Below are positions 17,573-26,243 of a stretch of DNA of 32,469 nucleotides, piece by piece. The translations under genes were made by a program, and so were the position numbers. The notes beneath the pieces are model-generated. The model ran no database searches. It was not told the origin of the DNA and worked only from the letters and a program-made list of their open reading frames with translations. Positions within the stretch are counted from its first letter, which is position 1; every line of letters starts with the position of its first letter. Source of the DNA: Candidatus Aminicenantes bacterium (GTDB taxonomy: Bacteria > Acidobacteriota > UBA4820 > DSQY01); NCBI GenBank assembly GCA_027365515.1, contig DAHXMK010000022.1, forward strand, positions 1 to 32,469, written 5' to 3'.

Positions 17573-19313
17573 GCCACGCCTCCTCTACAAGGCGCCGAAC
17601 CGTTTCGTAACGCGCCGCCAGATCTTTTTTCGTTACTGTTTCTCCGGCGAATTCCGCCGATTCGAGCTGGTCCAACAGGGAAATGATGTCGGAACAACGC
17701 TCTTTGCTCACACCGGCTTCAGCTAATGCTTCCGCTAGCGAGCCTCTAGTTAGTCCCGCCGCGGACCTGCCGGCCATGAGGTTCAGGCCGGCGTAGAGCG
17801 CCTGAATTGCCTCGGCGTGGAAAAGTTGCGCGTGCCTGACATCGAGGTTTTTTCGCGACAGCCTCAAGTGGTGGCGCGCCCTCCTGTACTGCGCCCTAGC
17901 GGCTTTCTTTTCCGGGGATGCGAGCTTGGTCCTGTATAGCCAGAGCCACGAAGCAAGGAAAATGCTGGCGATGAATGGCAGCGCTAGAAGCGGAAAGAAG
18001 GCGTCACTCGAGAAGAGGTGTTTCTTTGGTTTGGAAGGACGCGGGTCCTGGATAAGAGGCGCCAAGGCGAGATTCTGTCCGCCGGAGATACCGGTGCCAC
18101 TTACCATGAGTTTCAGTCCAGAGACCTCCGACGTCTGATACTTGCCAAGCGCCGGGTCGAAGTAGACCAGCGCCGCCGCCGGCAAAACGGCATCTCCTTG
18201 GAGCTTAGGCAGAAGAGACATGTTCAAAGTGCGATTGACCATGAAAACGCCGTTCATGAAGCTGCTTTCATCGTGAGAAGTCGCCGGATAGGAAGTGAAA
18301 AATGGAGTATCTTGCCAGCGGACCGGATTGTCCGGCAGAAAACCGGAACCTGTCACGCTGTAGGCAAGCGTGAAGGGTTGGCCAACCGAAGCCTGCGGCG
18401 GGATTCCGTTTTGCATCTTGAGCGTGAATGAGCCAACAGCGCCGCTGAATCCTGGAGGTGCAGGAGGCAGCGCTATCGTCTGCAAATCGGCTTTCCCGCC
18501 GGAAATTCTGGTCGTAACCACCCTGCCGCCCGCTTCGCGAGACTCGACCCTCAAAAGAGCCTCGAATGGTGAAATAGTCAAAGTACCCTGCTCAATGGGA
18601 AAAAGCGTATAACGGAGCACGGTCACGTCAAGGAATGTCAAGCCGTCCCGGGAAAAGGGCCGCGACCGCGGCGGCGTCTGCTCCGGCGCCTCCACCTTTC
18701 TGAAACCCTGGAAATCCGGCCGCTTGGTGATCTCGAAATTCCTGACCGAAGAATGGGTGACCAGATGAAGGGTATAGGTAACCGGTTGCCCGACGTAGGC
18801 TCTCGGCGATGAAAGCTCGCCTGTCAGGTACAGTTCACCGGCCGGAAGCGGAGCGGCCGGCGCTGGAACCACCGGAAGCGCCTTCTCTTGGCTTGTCGCA
18901 GCGCCCTGCTCGACATCCACGGCGAAACCCGGGACGCTCCTTGTCTGGCCTCCGATTCGAAGGCTCAAGTCCGGAACCACTATGTGGCCCGATCGCGTCG
19001 GCGAAAAAAGGTAGTGGTAGGCGAATATCATTCCACCGTTCTGCGCCGTCTCGACGGTCTGGTACTGTCCCTGCAATTTAAGCCCGTCTATCGGCGGCAG
19101 CGGAGGCTGGGGGATGGCGGAGCCCGGGCCCTTCAGGCGCAACGTGAAGACGAGGCCCTCCCCTATGCGCATGGAGGTTTTGTCGGCCGAAGCACTGATT
19201 TCGAGGTTTTGTGCCACCAGCGCCACGGAGAGCAAAGCCATCAGGGCGGACGCAAGGACAAGCTTCACCATCGTCGAGCTTGCCTCGCGCCTACTTAATG
19301 CCTTTGCGCCCAT
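17565..19313 (-). CDS. batD: BatD-like (oxygen-tolerance family) membrane protein
   Basis: It has a signal peptide, repeated beta-rich segments typical of BatD (ISASADKTSMRIGEGLVFTLRL, YVGQPVTYTLHL), a C-terminal TM helix and a charged helical tail. An alternative start is ATG 19271 (MVKLVL...). Confidence 0.7.
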   Translation of the reverse strand: MGAKALSRREASSTMVKLVLASALMALLSVALVAQNLEISASADKTSMRIGEGLVFTLRLKGPGSAIPQPPLPPIDGLKLQGQYQTVETAQNGGMIFAYHYLFSPTRSGHIVVPDLSLRIGGQTRSVPGFAVDVEQGAATSQEKALPVVPAPAAPLPAGELYLTGELSSPRAYVGQPVTYTLHLVTHSSVRNFEITKRPDFQGFRKVEAPEQTPPRSRPFSRDGLTFLDVTVLRYTLFPIEQGTLTISPFEALLRVESREAGGRVVTTRISGGKADLQTIALPPAPPGFSGAVGSFTLKMQNGIPPQASVGQPFTLAYSVTGSGFLPDNPVRWQDTPFFTSYPATSHDESSFMNGVFMVNRTLNMSLLPKLQGDAVLPAAALVYFDPALGKYQTSEVSGLKLMVSGTGISGGQNLALAPLIQDPRPSKPKKHLFSSDAFFPLLALPFIASIFLASWLWLYRTKLASPEKKAARAQYRRARHHLRLSRKNLDVRHAQLFHAEAIQALYAGLNLMAGRSAAGLTRGSLAEALAEAGVSKERCSDIISLLDQLESAEFAGETVTKKDLAARYETVRRLVEEAWRG

Positions 19314-19502
19314 AGTCGCCTTTCGCGTTGACGCGGGCCCGTCTTACGCCCGGGCCGCTTCGATTTTAGTATAGCACTATTGCCATTCTCGCGACGTGAA
19401 TCTTTCTTGATTCGTGGGCGTATAATAGAAACGTCGTTTGTCGGGGGATTTCTGCGTCTCCCTAAATTTAAGGTAGCCGGAGAGAGAAGAAAGGAGAATT
19501 TC

Positions 19503-21020
19503 ATGCGGAACAGAGGCCGAATCTTGTTTCTGGCCGTCATCGCGCTGGTGCTTTGCGCGTTGCCGGCCCTGGCGGGCGACCCCGGGTTCAAGCAGCTTGA
19601 AGGCGAGGTCTTCCAGACTACTCTGCCAAACGGGTTGACCGTCATCATCCTGCCGCGCCACGAGGCGCCCGTAATCTCGTTCGTCACCTACGCCGACGTC
19701 GGCGGGGTGAACGAACAGCAGAACGCCACGGGGCTGGCCCACATCTTCGAGCACATGGCCTTCAAGGGAACCACGACGCTCGGAACCAAGGATTACCCGA
19801 AAGAAAAGGCGGCCATGGACAAGGAGGACGCGGCCTTCACGGCGTTGCGCGCCGAAAGGCTTCGCCGTCCCAAGCCGGACCCCGAAAAGCTGAAAGCGTT
19901 GGAAGCCGAATTCAAGAAGACTCAGGAAGAGGCCCAGAAGTACTCGGACACCGGCGCCTTCGACAAGGTTCTTGAGCGCGAAGGGGCGGAAGGGCTCAAC
20001 GCTTTCACCGCCTTCGACCAGACCGTTTACCACTACTCCCTTCCCTCCAACAAGCTCGAACTTTGGGCCGCGCTGGAGGCCGACAGGTTCACGAACCCTG
20101 TCCTTCGCGAGTTCTACAAGGAGAAGGACGTGATTATGGAAGAAAAGAGGATGGGCGAGAGCCAGGCCATCGGCCGCCTCTTCGCCGATTTCTTCCCCGT
20201 TGCATTCAAGGCCTCGATGTACCGCTCTTGGGTCATCGGCCATATGAGCGACCTCCAGGCCATCACAAGGCAGCAGGCGATGGATTGGTTCAACAAGTAT
20301 TACCGCGCGAAGAATTTGACCGTGGCCATCGTCGGCGACGTTGACCCCAAAACGGCGATGCCGGTTCTCGCGAAGTATCTCGGCGACATACCTGCTGGCA
20401 CGAAGCCGGAGGGGCCGGTGACGGTGGAGCCTCCTCAGCGCGAGGAAAAGCGCATCATCATGGATGACCCCTCCCAGCCTTTCCTAATCATCGGCTACCA
20501 CCGGCCGGACGTGAACGACCCCGACGACCCGGTTTACGACGTCATCAACGATATCCTGGCCGGCGGCCGCTCGTCCCGCTTGTACACGTCCCTGGTCAAA
20601 GAGAAGAAGCTGGCGCTCGCGGTTGAAAGCGCCTCCTCGATCGAAGGGCAGAAGTACCCAGGCATTTTCGGCATCTTCTGCGTGGCTAACAAAGGAAAGA
20701 GCAACGCCGAATGCGAACAGGCCATCTACACTGAACTCGACCGCCTTAAGAACGAGCCGGTGTCAAAGGACGAACTTGAAGGGGTGAAGGCTCGCGCGAA
20801 GATGCACTTCATCGAATCAATAGACAGCAACATGGGGCTTGCCATGCAGCTCGCTTTCTACCAGAACCTACAGGGCGACTGGCGCTCGATGTTCAAGGCG
20901 CTCGACCGCATTGACGCCGTGACCCCTGAAGACATCATGCGTGTTGCAAAGCAGACCTTCGTCAAGAACAACCGGACGGTGGGCATGATCGAAACGACGC
21001 CAGCCAAGGCGGAGAAGTGA
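19503..21020 (+). CDS. secreted M16-family (pitrilysin/insulinase) zinc peptidase, catalytic subunit type
   Basis: ATG 19503 follows GAAAGGAGAA. It has a signal peptide (LCALPALAG) and an intact inverted zinc motif HxxEH (HIFEHMAFKGT). Confidence 0.9.
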   Translation: MRNRGRILFLAVIALVLCALPALAGDPGFKQLEGEVFQTTLPNGLTVIILPRHEAPVISFVTYADVGGVNEQQNATGLAHIFEHMAFKGTTTLGTKDYPKEKAAMDKEDAAFTALRAERLRRPKPDPEKLKALEAEFKKTQEEAQKYSDTGAFDKVLEREGAEGLNAFTAFDQTVYHYSLPSNKLELWAALEADRFTNPVLREFYKEKDVIMEEKRMGESQAIGRLFADFFPVAFKASMYRSWVIGHMSDLQAITRQQAMDWFNKYYRAKNLTVAIVGDVDPKTAMPVLAKYLGDIPAGTKPEGPVTVEPPQREEKRIIMDDPSQPFLIIGYHRPDVNDPDDPVYDVINDILAGGRSSRLYTSLVKEKKLALAVESASSIEGQKYPGIFGIFCVANKGKSNAECEQAIYTELDRLKNEPVSKDELEGVKARAKMHFIESIDSNMGLAMQLAFYQNLQGDWRSMFKALDRIDAVTPEDIMRVAKQTFVKNNRTVGMIETTPAKAEK

Positions 21021-21024
21021 GGAG

Positions 21025-23223
21025 ATGGCCATGAGAACGAAAACGATAACTCGAACATTCGCCGCGGCCGCCCTGCTCCTCGGCCTTTCGGTGGTGCCAT
21101 TCACCGCGCAGGTCAAGCCGGCGCCATTGGGGAAGCAGGTGGTTGACCACCTCAAGTATCCCAAGCTCAACCCGATTCAAATGCCAACAGTCACGAGAGA
21201 GACGCTCCCGAACGGAGTCAAGCTGATTCTGATCGAAGACCATGAGTTCCCCGTCGTCTCGCTGCGCGCCCTCGTCAGAGGCGGCAAGCTCGCCCAGCCT
21301 CAGGACAAGCCGGCCCTGGCCCCTCTGTTCGGCGAGGTTCAGCGCACCGGCGGCGTGAAGAGCATGTCGGGCGACGAGATGGACACCTACCTCGAAAGGA
21401 TCGGCGCCTCCATCGAAACGAACGTCAGGGACGATTACGGCACGGTGACGGCAAAAACGCTGAGCGAGCAGTTGGACAAGGTCCTTCCCCTCTTCGCGGA
21501 GGAGCTCGAATCTCCCGCATTCGCCCAGGAGAAGCTCGACCTTGCCAAGACGCACCTGAACTCGGAAATATCGAGGCGAAACGACCAGGTAATGGGAATA
21601 GCGAGGCGCGAGATACTGAAGCTCTTTTACGGCCCCAAATCCCCATACGCCCGCCAGATCGAATACGACGACGTGGCCGCGGTCACGCGTGAGGACCTTC
21701 TGAATTACCAAAAGCTCGTTTACCGCCCCGACTCGACCATCATCGCCGTCTGGGGCGATTTCAAGACCCCCGACATGAAGGACCGGCTTGCCATCGCCCT
21801 TGGCGGCTGGGAAGCGAAGGGAGCAACGCCAGTTTACAAGGCCCCGGAGCTCCCCGCTCCCGCTGCGTCGGTGAATTACGCCGAAAAGAAGGACGTCGAG
21901 CAGACAACGGTTTTGATGGGGCATCTCGGCCTCAGGCTGGACGACCCCGATTATCCGGCGGTTGATATGCTCTCGGAAATTCTCGGCGGCGGCATGGCTT
22001 CGAGAATGTTCATGAACATCAGGACGCTGAAGGGGCTTGCTTACGGAGCCGGCGGCTTCATGGTCCCCGCCTACGACCACGCTGGCGCATTTTACTTCTA
22101 CACGGCCACCAAGCCTTCGACCACCGCCGAGGCGATGGAGGCCATGCTTGAAGAGATCAAGAAAATCCGCGAGGCGCCGGTCACCGACGAGGAGTTGACG
22201 AGGGCGAAAGAGGGCTACCTGAATACTTATGCCTTCGAATTCGATTCCACCGAGAAGATCGCCACGCGGCTTGCGACTTACGAACTCTACGGCTACCCCG
22301 CCGACTTCAACGTCAAGCTGAGAAACGCCATCGAAAAAGTAACGAAGGAAGACGTGCTGCGCGTCGCCAAGAAGGACCTCCACCCGGAGCTTCTGACCAT
22401 CCTGGCGATTGGCAATCAATCGCAATTTGACAAGCCGCTCTCCACCTTCGGCAAAGTCAACGACATTGACCTGACGATTCCCGAGCCGAAGCCGAAAGAG
22501 GTCATTCCAGAGGCGACACCCGAAAGCTTGAAGGCGGGCACGGCGCTTCTGGTAAAGGCGGCGAACCTCATGGGCGGCAAGGCTCTCGCCGGCCTCAAGG
22601 AGATGACGCTCGAAGGGGCGAGCACGATCGTGACCCCGATGGGCGAAATGGAGCTCAAGGGAGAAGGGACATTCGTCTTCCCGGACAGGCTGCATAACCA
22701 GGTTCAGACCCCGATGGGCGCTATGATCACCGTGCTCGACAAGGACAAAGGCTTCATGGTCATGGGGCCGCGAGTCAAGGACCTTCCTCCCTCAGCCGTA
22801 ACAGAAATGGCGGGAGAGCTTTACACCGAATCGGGCTGCGCCCTTCTTCTCCAGCGCGCGCTGCAAGGCAAGCTCGAAGGCCAGTTGATCGGGAAGGCGC
22901 AATTTGAAGGCCAGGAAACGGACGACCTGCTCGTGAAGATCGGCGATGCCTCGGTAAGAGTTTATCTGGACAAGGATGGCCGCGTGGCCGGGGTCAAGAA
23001 GCACGCGATAACTCAGCAGGGCCCGGCGGAAGTCATTCAGATTTTCAGCGACTACAGGCCGGTTGACGGCCTCAGCCTGCCGTTCCAGACCGTTGAGAAG
23101 GTCAACGGCGAGGTAAAGGCGACGAACAGGTATTCGGCAATAAAAGTCAATGCCGGCTTCAACGAGGAGCTTTTCAAGAAACCGGCACCGGCCGCCGCTG
23201 CCTCGGCCCCGGCCGAGAAGTAA
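21025..23223 (+). CDS. M16-family peptidase homolog lacking HxxEH, with a C-terminal extension of about 250 aa
   Basis: It starts 4 nt after the upstream stop, with GAGGAG overlapping that stop. It has a signal peptide. The M16 fold is recognisable, but the zinc-motif position reads LAPLFGEVQRTGG. The extra C-terminal beta-rich domain runs from about residue 480 to 732. Confidence 0.85.
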   Translation: MAMRTKTITRTFAAAALLLGLSVVPFTAQVKPAPLGKQVVDHLKYPKLNPIQMPTVTRETLPNGVKLILIEDHEFPVVSLRALVRGGKLAQPQDKPALAPLFGEVQRTGGVKSMSGDEMDTYLERIGASIETNVRDDYGTVTAKTLSEQLDKVLPLFAEELESPAFAQEKLDLAKTHLNSEISRRNDQVMGIARREILKLFYGPKSPYARQIEYDDVAAVTREDLLNYQKLVYRPDSTIIAVWGDFKTPDMKDRLAIALGGWEAKGATPVYKAPELPAPAASVNYAEKKDVEQTTVLMGHLGLRLDDPDYPAVDMLSEILGGGMASRMFMNIRTLKGLAYGAGGFMVPAYDHAGAFYFYTATKPSTTAEAMEAMLEEIKKIREAPVTDEELTRAKEGYLNTYAFEFDSTEKIATRLATYELYGYPADFNVKLRNAIEKVTKEDVLRVAKKDLHPELLTILAIGNQSQFDKPLSTFGKVNDIDLTIPEPKPKEVIPEATPESLKAGTALLVKAANLMGGKALAGLKEMTLEGASTIVTPMGEMELKGEGTFVFPDRLHNQVQTPMGAMITVLDKDKGFMVMGPRVKDLPPSAVTEMAGELYTESGCALLLQRALQGKLEGQLIGKAQFEGQETDDLLVKIGDASVRVYLDKDGRVAGVKKHAITQQGPAEVIQIFSDYRPVDGLSLPFQTVEKVNGEVKATNRYSAIKVNAGFNEELFKKPAPAAAASAPAEK

Positions 23224-23238
23224 TATCGCTAGCACGAT

Positions 23239-23278
23239 GGGGAGGCGCTTGTTGCGCCTCCCCTCTCTTCATTTTCTG
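23239..23278. terminator. rho-independent terminator between convergent genes
   Basis: A perfect 10-bp stem pairs ggggaggcgc (23239-23248) with gcgcctcccc (23254-23263) around the loop ttgtt. It is followed by tctcttcattttctg. Confidence 0.7.
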
Positions 23279-23916
23279 AAAACAAGAGTGAGCAGCTCCT
23301 TCCCGTTAGGCATGGTATTCAAACGCGAAGATATGTGACTGAAGCCAAGAGCTTCCGCCCGGCCGACGACGGCCTCTGGCGAAACCAGGCTGATGTGAGG
23401 CGCCAGCACTTCAAGGCTTGAGAATGGGGATGGAGTGACCTCGGGGAGCGATTCGCAAGGGAGTTGCACTACGCACGCCAAAATCCCTCCCCTCTCCAGC
23501 GACTCCAGCGCGAACCGCAACAGCTTCTCCGGCTGAACATACTCCAGAAGCAGTCCCGCGAAAACAAGACTGACAGGCTTGAACGGGACTTCTCCATCTG
23601 ATGCCACGTCGCAAACGACCGGCTCGAAGGTGGCAAACCGGCGGCCGTGCCGTTTGTCGGCGGCGGCGACAAATGATGGGTTGATATCGAGCGCCACGAC
23701 CCGCGAGGTCACCGCCGGATCCACTTCACCAAGACCATTTCCGCCTGCACAGCCCACCAGCGCGACAGAGGCTGGCTTGAATTCCAGAAGAAGCCTTCCA
23801 AGCTCGCGCGCCAGCGCCTGAGCCTGCCCAACCTCCGGCAGACTCATATGCGCTTCATAATCGGCCAAAGAAATCGAGAGCCAAATGTTTTCGGCGGAAG
23901 GCGGCTTTTGCTCCAT
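23269..23916 (-). CDS. class I SAM-dependent methyltransferase
   Basis: ATG 23916 follows GGGGAGAG (the track's longer form starts at TTG 23940). Motif I is VALVGCAGGNGL, with an acidic residue at the end of beta-2 (VVALDIN). The size, about 215 aa, fits. Confidence 0.75.
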   Translation of the reverse strand: MEQKPPSAENIWLSISLADYEAHMSLPEVGQAQALARELGRLLLEFKPASVALVGCAGGNGLGEVDPAVTSRVVALDINPSFVAAADKRHGRRFATFEPVVCDVASDGEVPFKPVSLVFAGLLLEYVQPEKLLRFALESLERGGILACVVQLPCESLPEVTPSPFSSLEVLAPHISLVSPEAVVGRAEALGFSHISSRLNTMPNGKELLTLVFRK

Positions 23917-24130
23917 CACTCTCCCCTGTCCACTAGGCAATAACCCTTTCGGAACTCCTATTGCTCATGTGACTTTCAAGCCGGCGCGCGAAACCGGCCA
24001 GCCTCGCATCTTAGATTGCCCGGCTTTCTTCGAGAAGTCAAACCAATGCCATTATGCCACTGCGTCGTGGCACGGGTACTTGCCAAGCCGCCGGTTTGAA
24101 TCTATATTAGTGGCTTGTGGCGGAGGTGCC

Positions 24131-24610
24131 ATGATGAGCAAGAGCATCGGCCAATGTTTCGCCTTAGCGCTCGCCGGCATGATAGCTGGTTTCTCTTTCA
24201 ACGCCGTCTCGCCGAAGAAACTGCCCCTCGTCCCGGCGAAGGACCAGACCGTCCAGGGGTTCAGGATGGTGACGACCGACGAGGTGAAGTACTACCTCCA
24301 TGAAGAAAAGGGAACGGTTCTCGTGGACGCCCGCTCCCACGAGGAGTACTCCCTCGGCCACATTCCTGGGGCGCTAAACGTCCCCGAGGACGATTTCGAA
24401 GCCTCGTTTACAAAGGTCAAGCCTTCACTCGAGAAGGCCCGCACCATAATCGTTTACTGCTCCGGAGGGTCGTGCTCGACCTCGGAGATCGTCGCCCAGA
24501 TGCTTCGTGACAAGGGCGGCCTGCCTGGGGACAAGCTCTGGATATACTCCGACGGCTTCCCGGGCTGGATGCGCGGCAAGAACAAGATCGAAAGCGGACT
24601 GAAGCCCTGA
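24131..24610 (+). CDS. membrane-anchored single-domain rhodanese-like protein
   Basis: ATG 24131 follows GGCGGAGG. It has an N-terminal TM helix (CFALALAGMIAGFSF). The rhodanese fold reads VLVDARSHEEYSLGHIPGALNVP, with the active-site loop YCSGGSCSTS. Confidence 0.8.
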   Translation: MMSKSIGQCFALALAGMIAGFSFNAVSPKKLPLVPAKDQTVQGFRMVTTDEVKYYLHEEKGTVLVDARSHEEYSLGHIPGALNVPEDDFEASFTKVKPSLEKARTIIVYCSGGSCSTSEIVAQMLRDKGGLPGDKLWIYSDGFPGWMRGKNKIESGLKP

Positions 24611-24612
24611 CG

Positions 24613-25245
24613 ATGGCGAAGCAGGAAGTCACCGGCCACCCCGGCCTCTGGGTCATCGGACTCTCTTACGTCGGCTTGGCCTGTTTTATCGGCCTTGAGC
24701 GCGCCGCGATCGCGAAAGCCTTCGAGGCGCTCCTGCCTCCCCTTCCGGGCGGTCCTCTAATAGGCGCATGGTCGCTCGTTGCCGTTTGTCTGATCTTGGG
24801 CATTTTGATTATCGGCGGCATCGTGGGCGAATCGTGGGCTTCGCGGCTTACTCGTTGGGTCCTGGGCATCGTCTTCCTTGGGGCGGCGCTTCCCAAGATA
24901 TTCGACCCGGCGGGTTTCTCGATGGACATACGCCATTACGATGTCCTTCCGCTGATACTGGTCAACGGGCTCGCCATTGTTCTTCCCTGGATAGAAGCCG
25001 TCATGGCGCTCGCCCTCATTTGCGGCCTGATGCGCGACGGAGCCGTCCTGCTCGTCAATTTGCTGCTGGTGGTCTTCATGGCCGGGCTTGTCCAGGCTTA
25101 CCTTCGCGGCCTCGATATAAACTGCGGCTGTTTCGGCCACGGCACGGCAGCGTCGGAGCCGATCACCAAGGCCATCGTCCGTGACATCTTCTTCCTGGGA
25201 TGGTCCATTCCCCTCTTCTTCACCGAGCGCAAAAAGAACTTCTAG
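24613..25245 (+). CDS. MauE/DoxX-family redox-associated membrane protein
   Basis: It starts 2 nt after the rhodanese stop. It has four or five TM helices and the family-typical NCGCFG motif. Confidence 0.75.
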   Translation: MAKQEVTGHPGLWVIGLSYVGLACFIGLERAAIAKAFEALLPPLPGGPLIGAWSLVAVCLILGILIIGGIVGESWASRLTRWVLGIVFLGAALPKIFDPAGFSMDIRHYDVLPLILVNGLAIVLPWIEAVMALALICGLMRDGAVLLVNLLLVVFMAGLVQAYLRGLDINCGCFGHGTAASEPITKAIVRDIFFLGWSIPLFFTERKKNF

Positions 25246-25294
25246 CCCGGCAATATCAACGCCTCCCAATCTGTTTAACGGTCTTGGAGGCCGC

Positions 25295-25840
25295 ATGGCC
25301 ATTCGCCGAGCATTACTTTCCGCGGGAGTCGCCCTGACAGTCTTAACCGCAATGACGTTCTTTTTCCAGCGGGCTCGATCCCCGTTGCTTGGCCAAAGCG
25401 CCGATGCCCAGACTGTTACTTCCAAAGGAGATGCACCGATGAAATTTCCGGTGACTAAGAGCGACGCCGAGTGGAGAAAGATACTCACCCCAGAGCAGTA
25501 CGAGGTCACGAGGAAAGGCGGAACCGAATGCGCCTTCAGGGGAGCTTACTGGAACTTTCACGGAACCGGAGAGTTCGTCTGCGTCTGCTGCGGCAACCCG
25601 ATCTTCTCGACCAGCGACAAGTTTGACTCGGGGACCGGGTGGCCGAGCTTCACGAAGCCCCTCGCCGAAGGCAGGGTCCTGACGCGCCAGGACGATTCAC
25701 TTGGAATGGAACGGACCGAGGTGCTCTGCGCCAGGTGCGGCGCCCACCTCGGCCACGTCTTCAATGACGGCCCGCCTCCCACCGGCCTCAGGTACTGCAT
25801 CAACTCCGTCGCCCTGAAATTCGTCCCAAGCAAACCTTAG
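25295..25840 (+). CDS. msrB: peptide-methionine (R)-S-oxide reductase MsrB with an N-terminal export signal or anchor
   Basis: ATG 25295 follows GGAGG. The hydrophobic N terminus ends in ADAQ. Two zinc CxxC pairs are present (CVCCGNP and CARCGAH). The catalytic Cys is in RYCINS, and the GTGWPSF motif is present. Confidence 0.9.
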   Translation: MAIRRALLSAGVALTVLTAMTFFFQRARSPLLGQSADAQTVTSKGDAPMKFPVTKSDAEWRKILTPEQYEVTRKGGTECAFRGAYWNFHGTGEFVCVCCGNPIFSTSDKFDSGTGWPSFTKPLAEGRVLTRQDDSLGMERTEVLCARCGAHLGHVFNDGPPPTGLRYCINSVALKFVPSKP

Positions 25841-25904
25841 AAGGGTCACCACCAAGCCGCCAACACACCAAAGAGTGCGAAATAGCGAAGCAGAGACGCG
25901 CGGT

Positions 25905-26237
25905 TCATTTCAAGAGCCGCACGATTCTCTCTATAGTCTTTAGCCCCGTCTCCGGCGTCCCCCCGGCGATCAGCATGAGATTCGTCGTCCTCGCCGCAGG
26001 CTGGCCGTTTTCAATCGCCGTGTAGGCGTAATCGGGATACGTCCCCATCCTCATCGAGGCATTTGGCTGCAAGCTCGCAAGCCACGGCTCCGCGCCCGCC
26101 TGCGCCATCGTCCCCTCGCCCCACGCGCACAGCCCCTTCGCCTGAACCGCCCCGATCACGAACCCCGGCGCGCTGCCTTGTTTTCTGAAGGTGCCCAGCC
26201 CGATGATCGCACCGGTCAGGTTCCACTTGTTGCCCAA
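25905..26237 (-). CDS. hypothetical protein (110 aa, TTG start, no obvious SD); possibly a gene remnant
   Basis: Codon third positions are strongly G/C-biased, like the host genes, which argues for real coding sequence. An in-frame stop lies directly upstream of the TTG. I recognised no family. Confidence 0.4.
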   Translation of the reverse strand: MGNKWNLTGAIIGLGTFRKQGSAPGFVIGAVQAKGLCAWGEGTMAQAGAEPWLASLQPNASMRMGTYPDYAYTAIENGQPAARTTNLMLIAGGTPETGLKTIERIVRLLK

Positions 26238-26243
26238 TCAATG

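Noticed and set aside
19330-19370. A GC-rich hairpin (GGCCCG...CGGGCC) followed by a T-rich stretch in the batD / M16 divergent region, which resembles a terminator.
   Set aside because: It lies between two divergent gene starts, where a terminator makes no sense on either strand. It is more likely a fortuitous palindromic GC run or part of a 5' UTR structure.
20962-22695. A 577-aa minus-strand ORF, and similar long antisense ORFs at 2002-2895, 19377-20243, 24757-25509 and 10620-11138.
   Set aside because: All lie entirely antisense to genes with clear family motifs (M16 peptidases, EF-G, MauE/MsrB, Clp-like). They are R/G/L/H-rich with no recognisable domains. I treat them as GC-rich shadow frames.
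25841-26243. I looked for a direct repeat of the ssrA 3' end (tggtggaggcggcgggagtcgaaccc or its terminal part) that would mark the far edge of an integrated island.
   Set aside because: I found none by eye, here or at 28440-28510. A short degenerate repeat cannot be excluded without a computational search.
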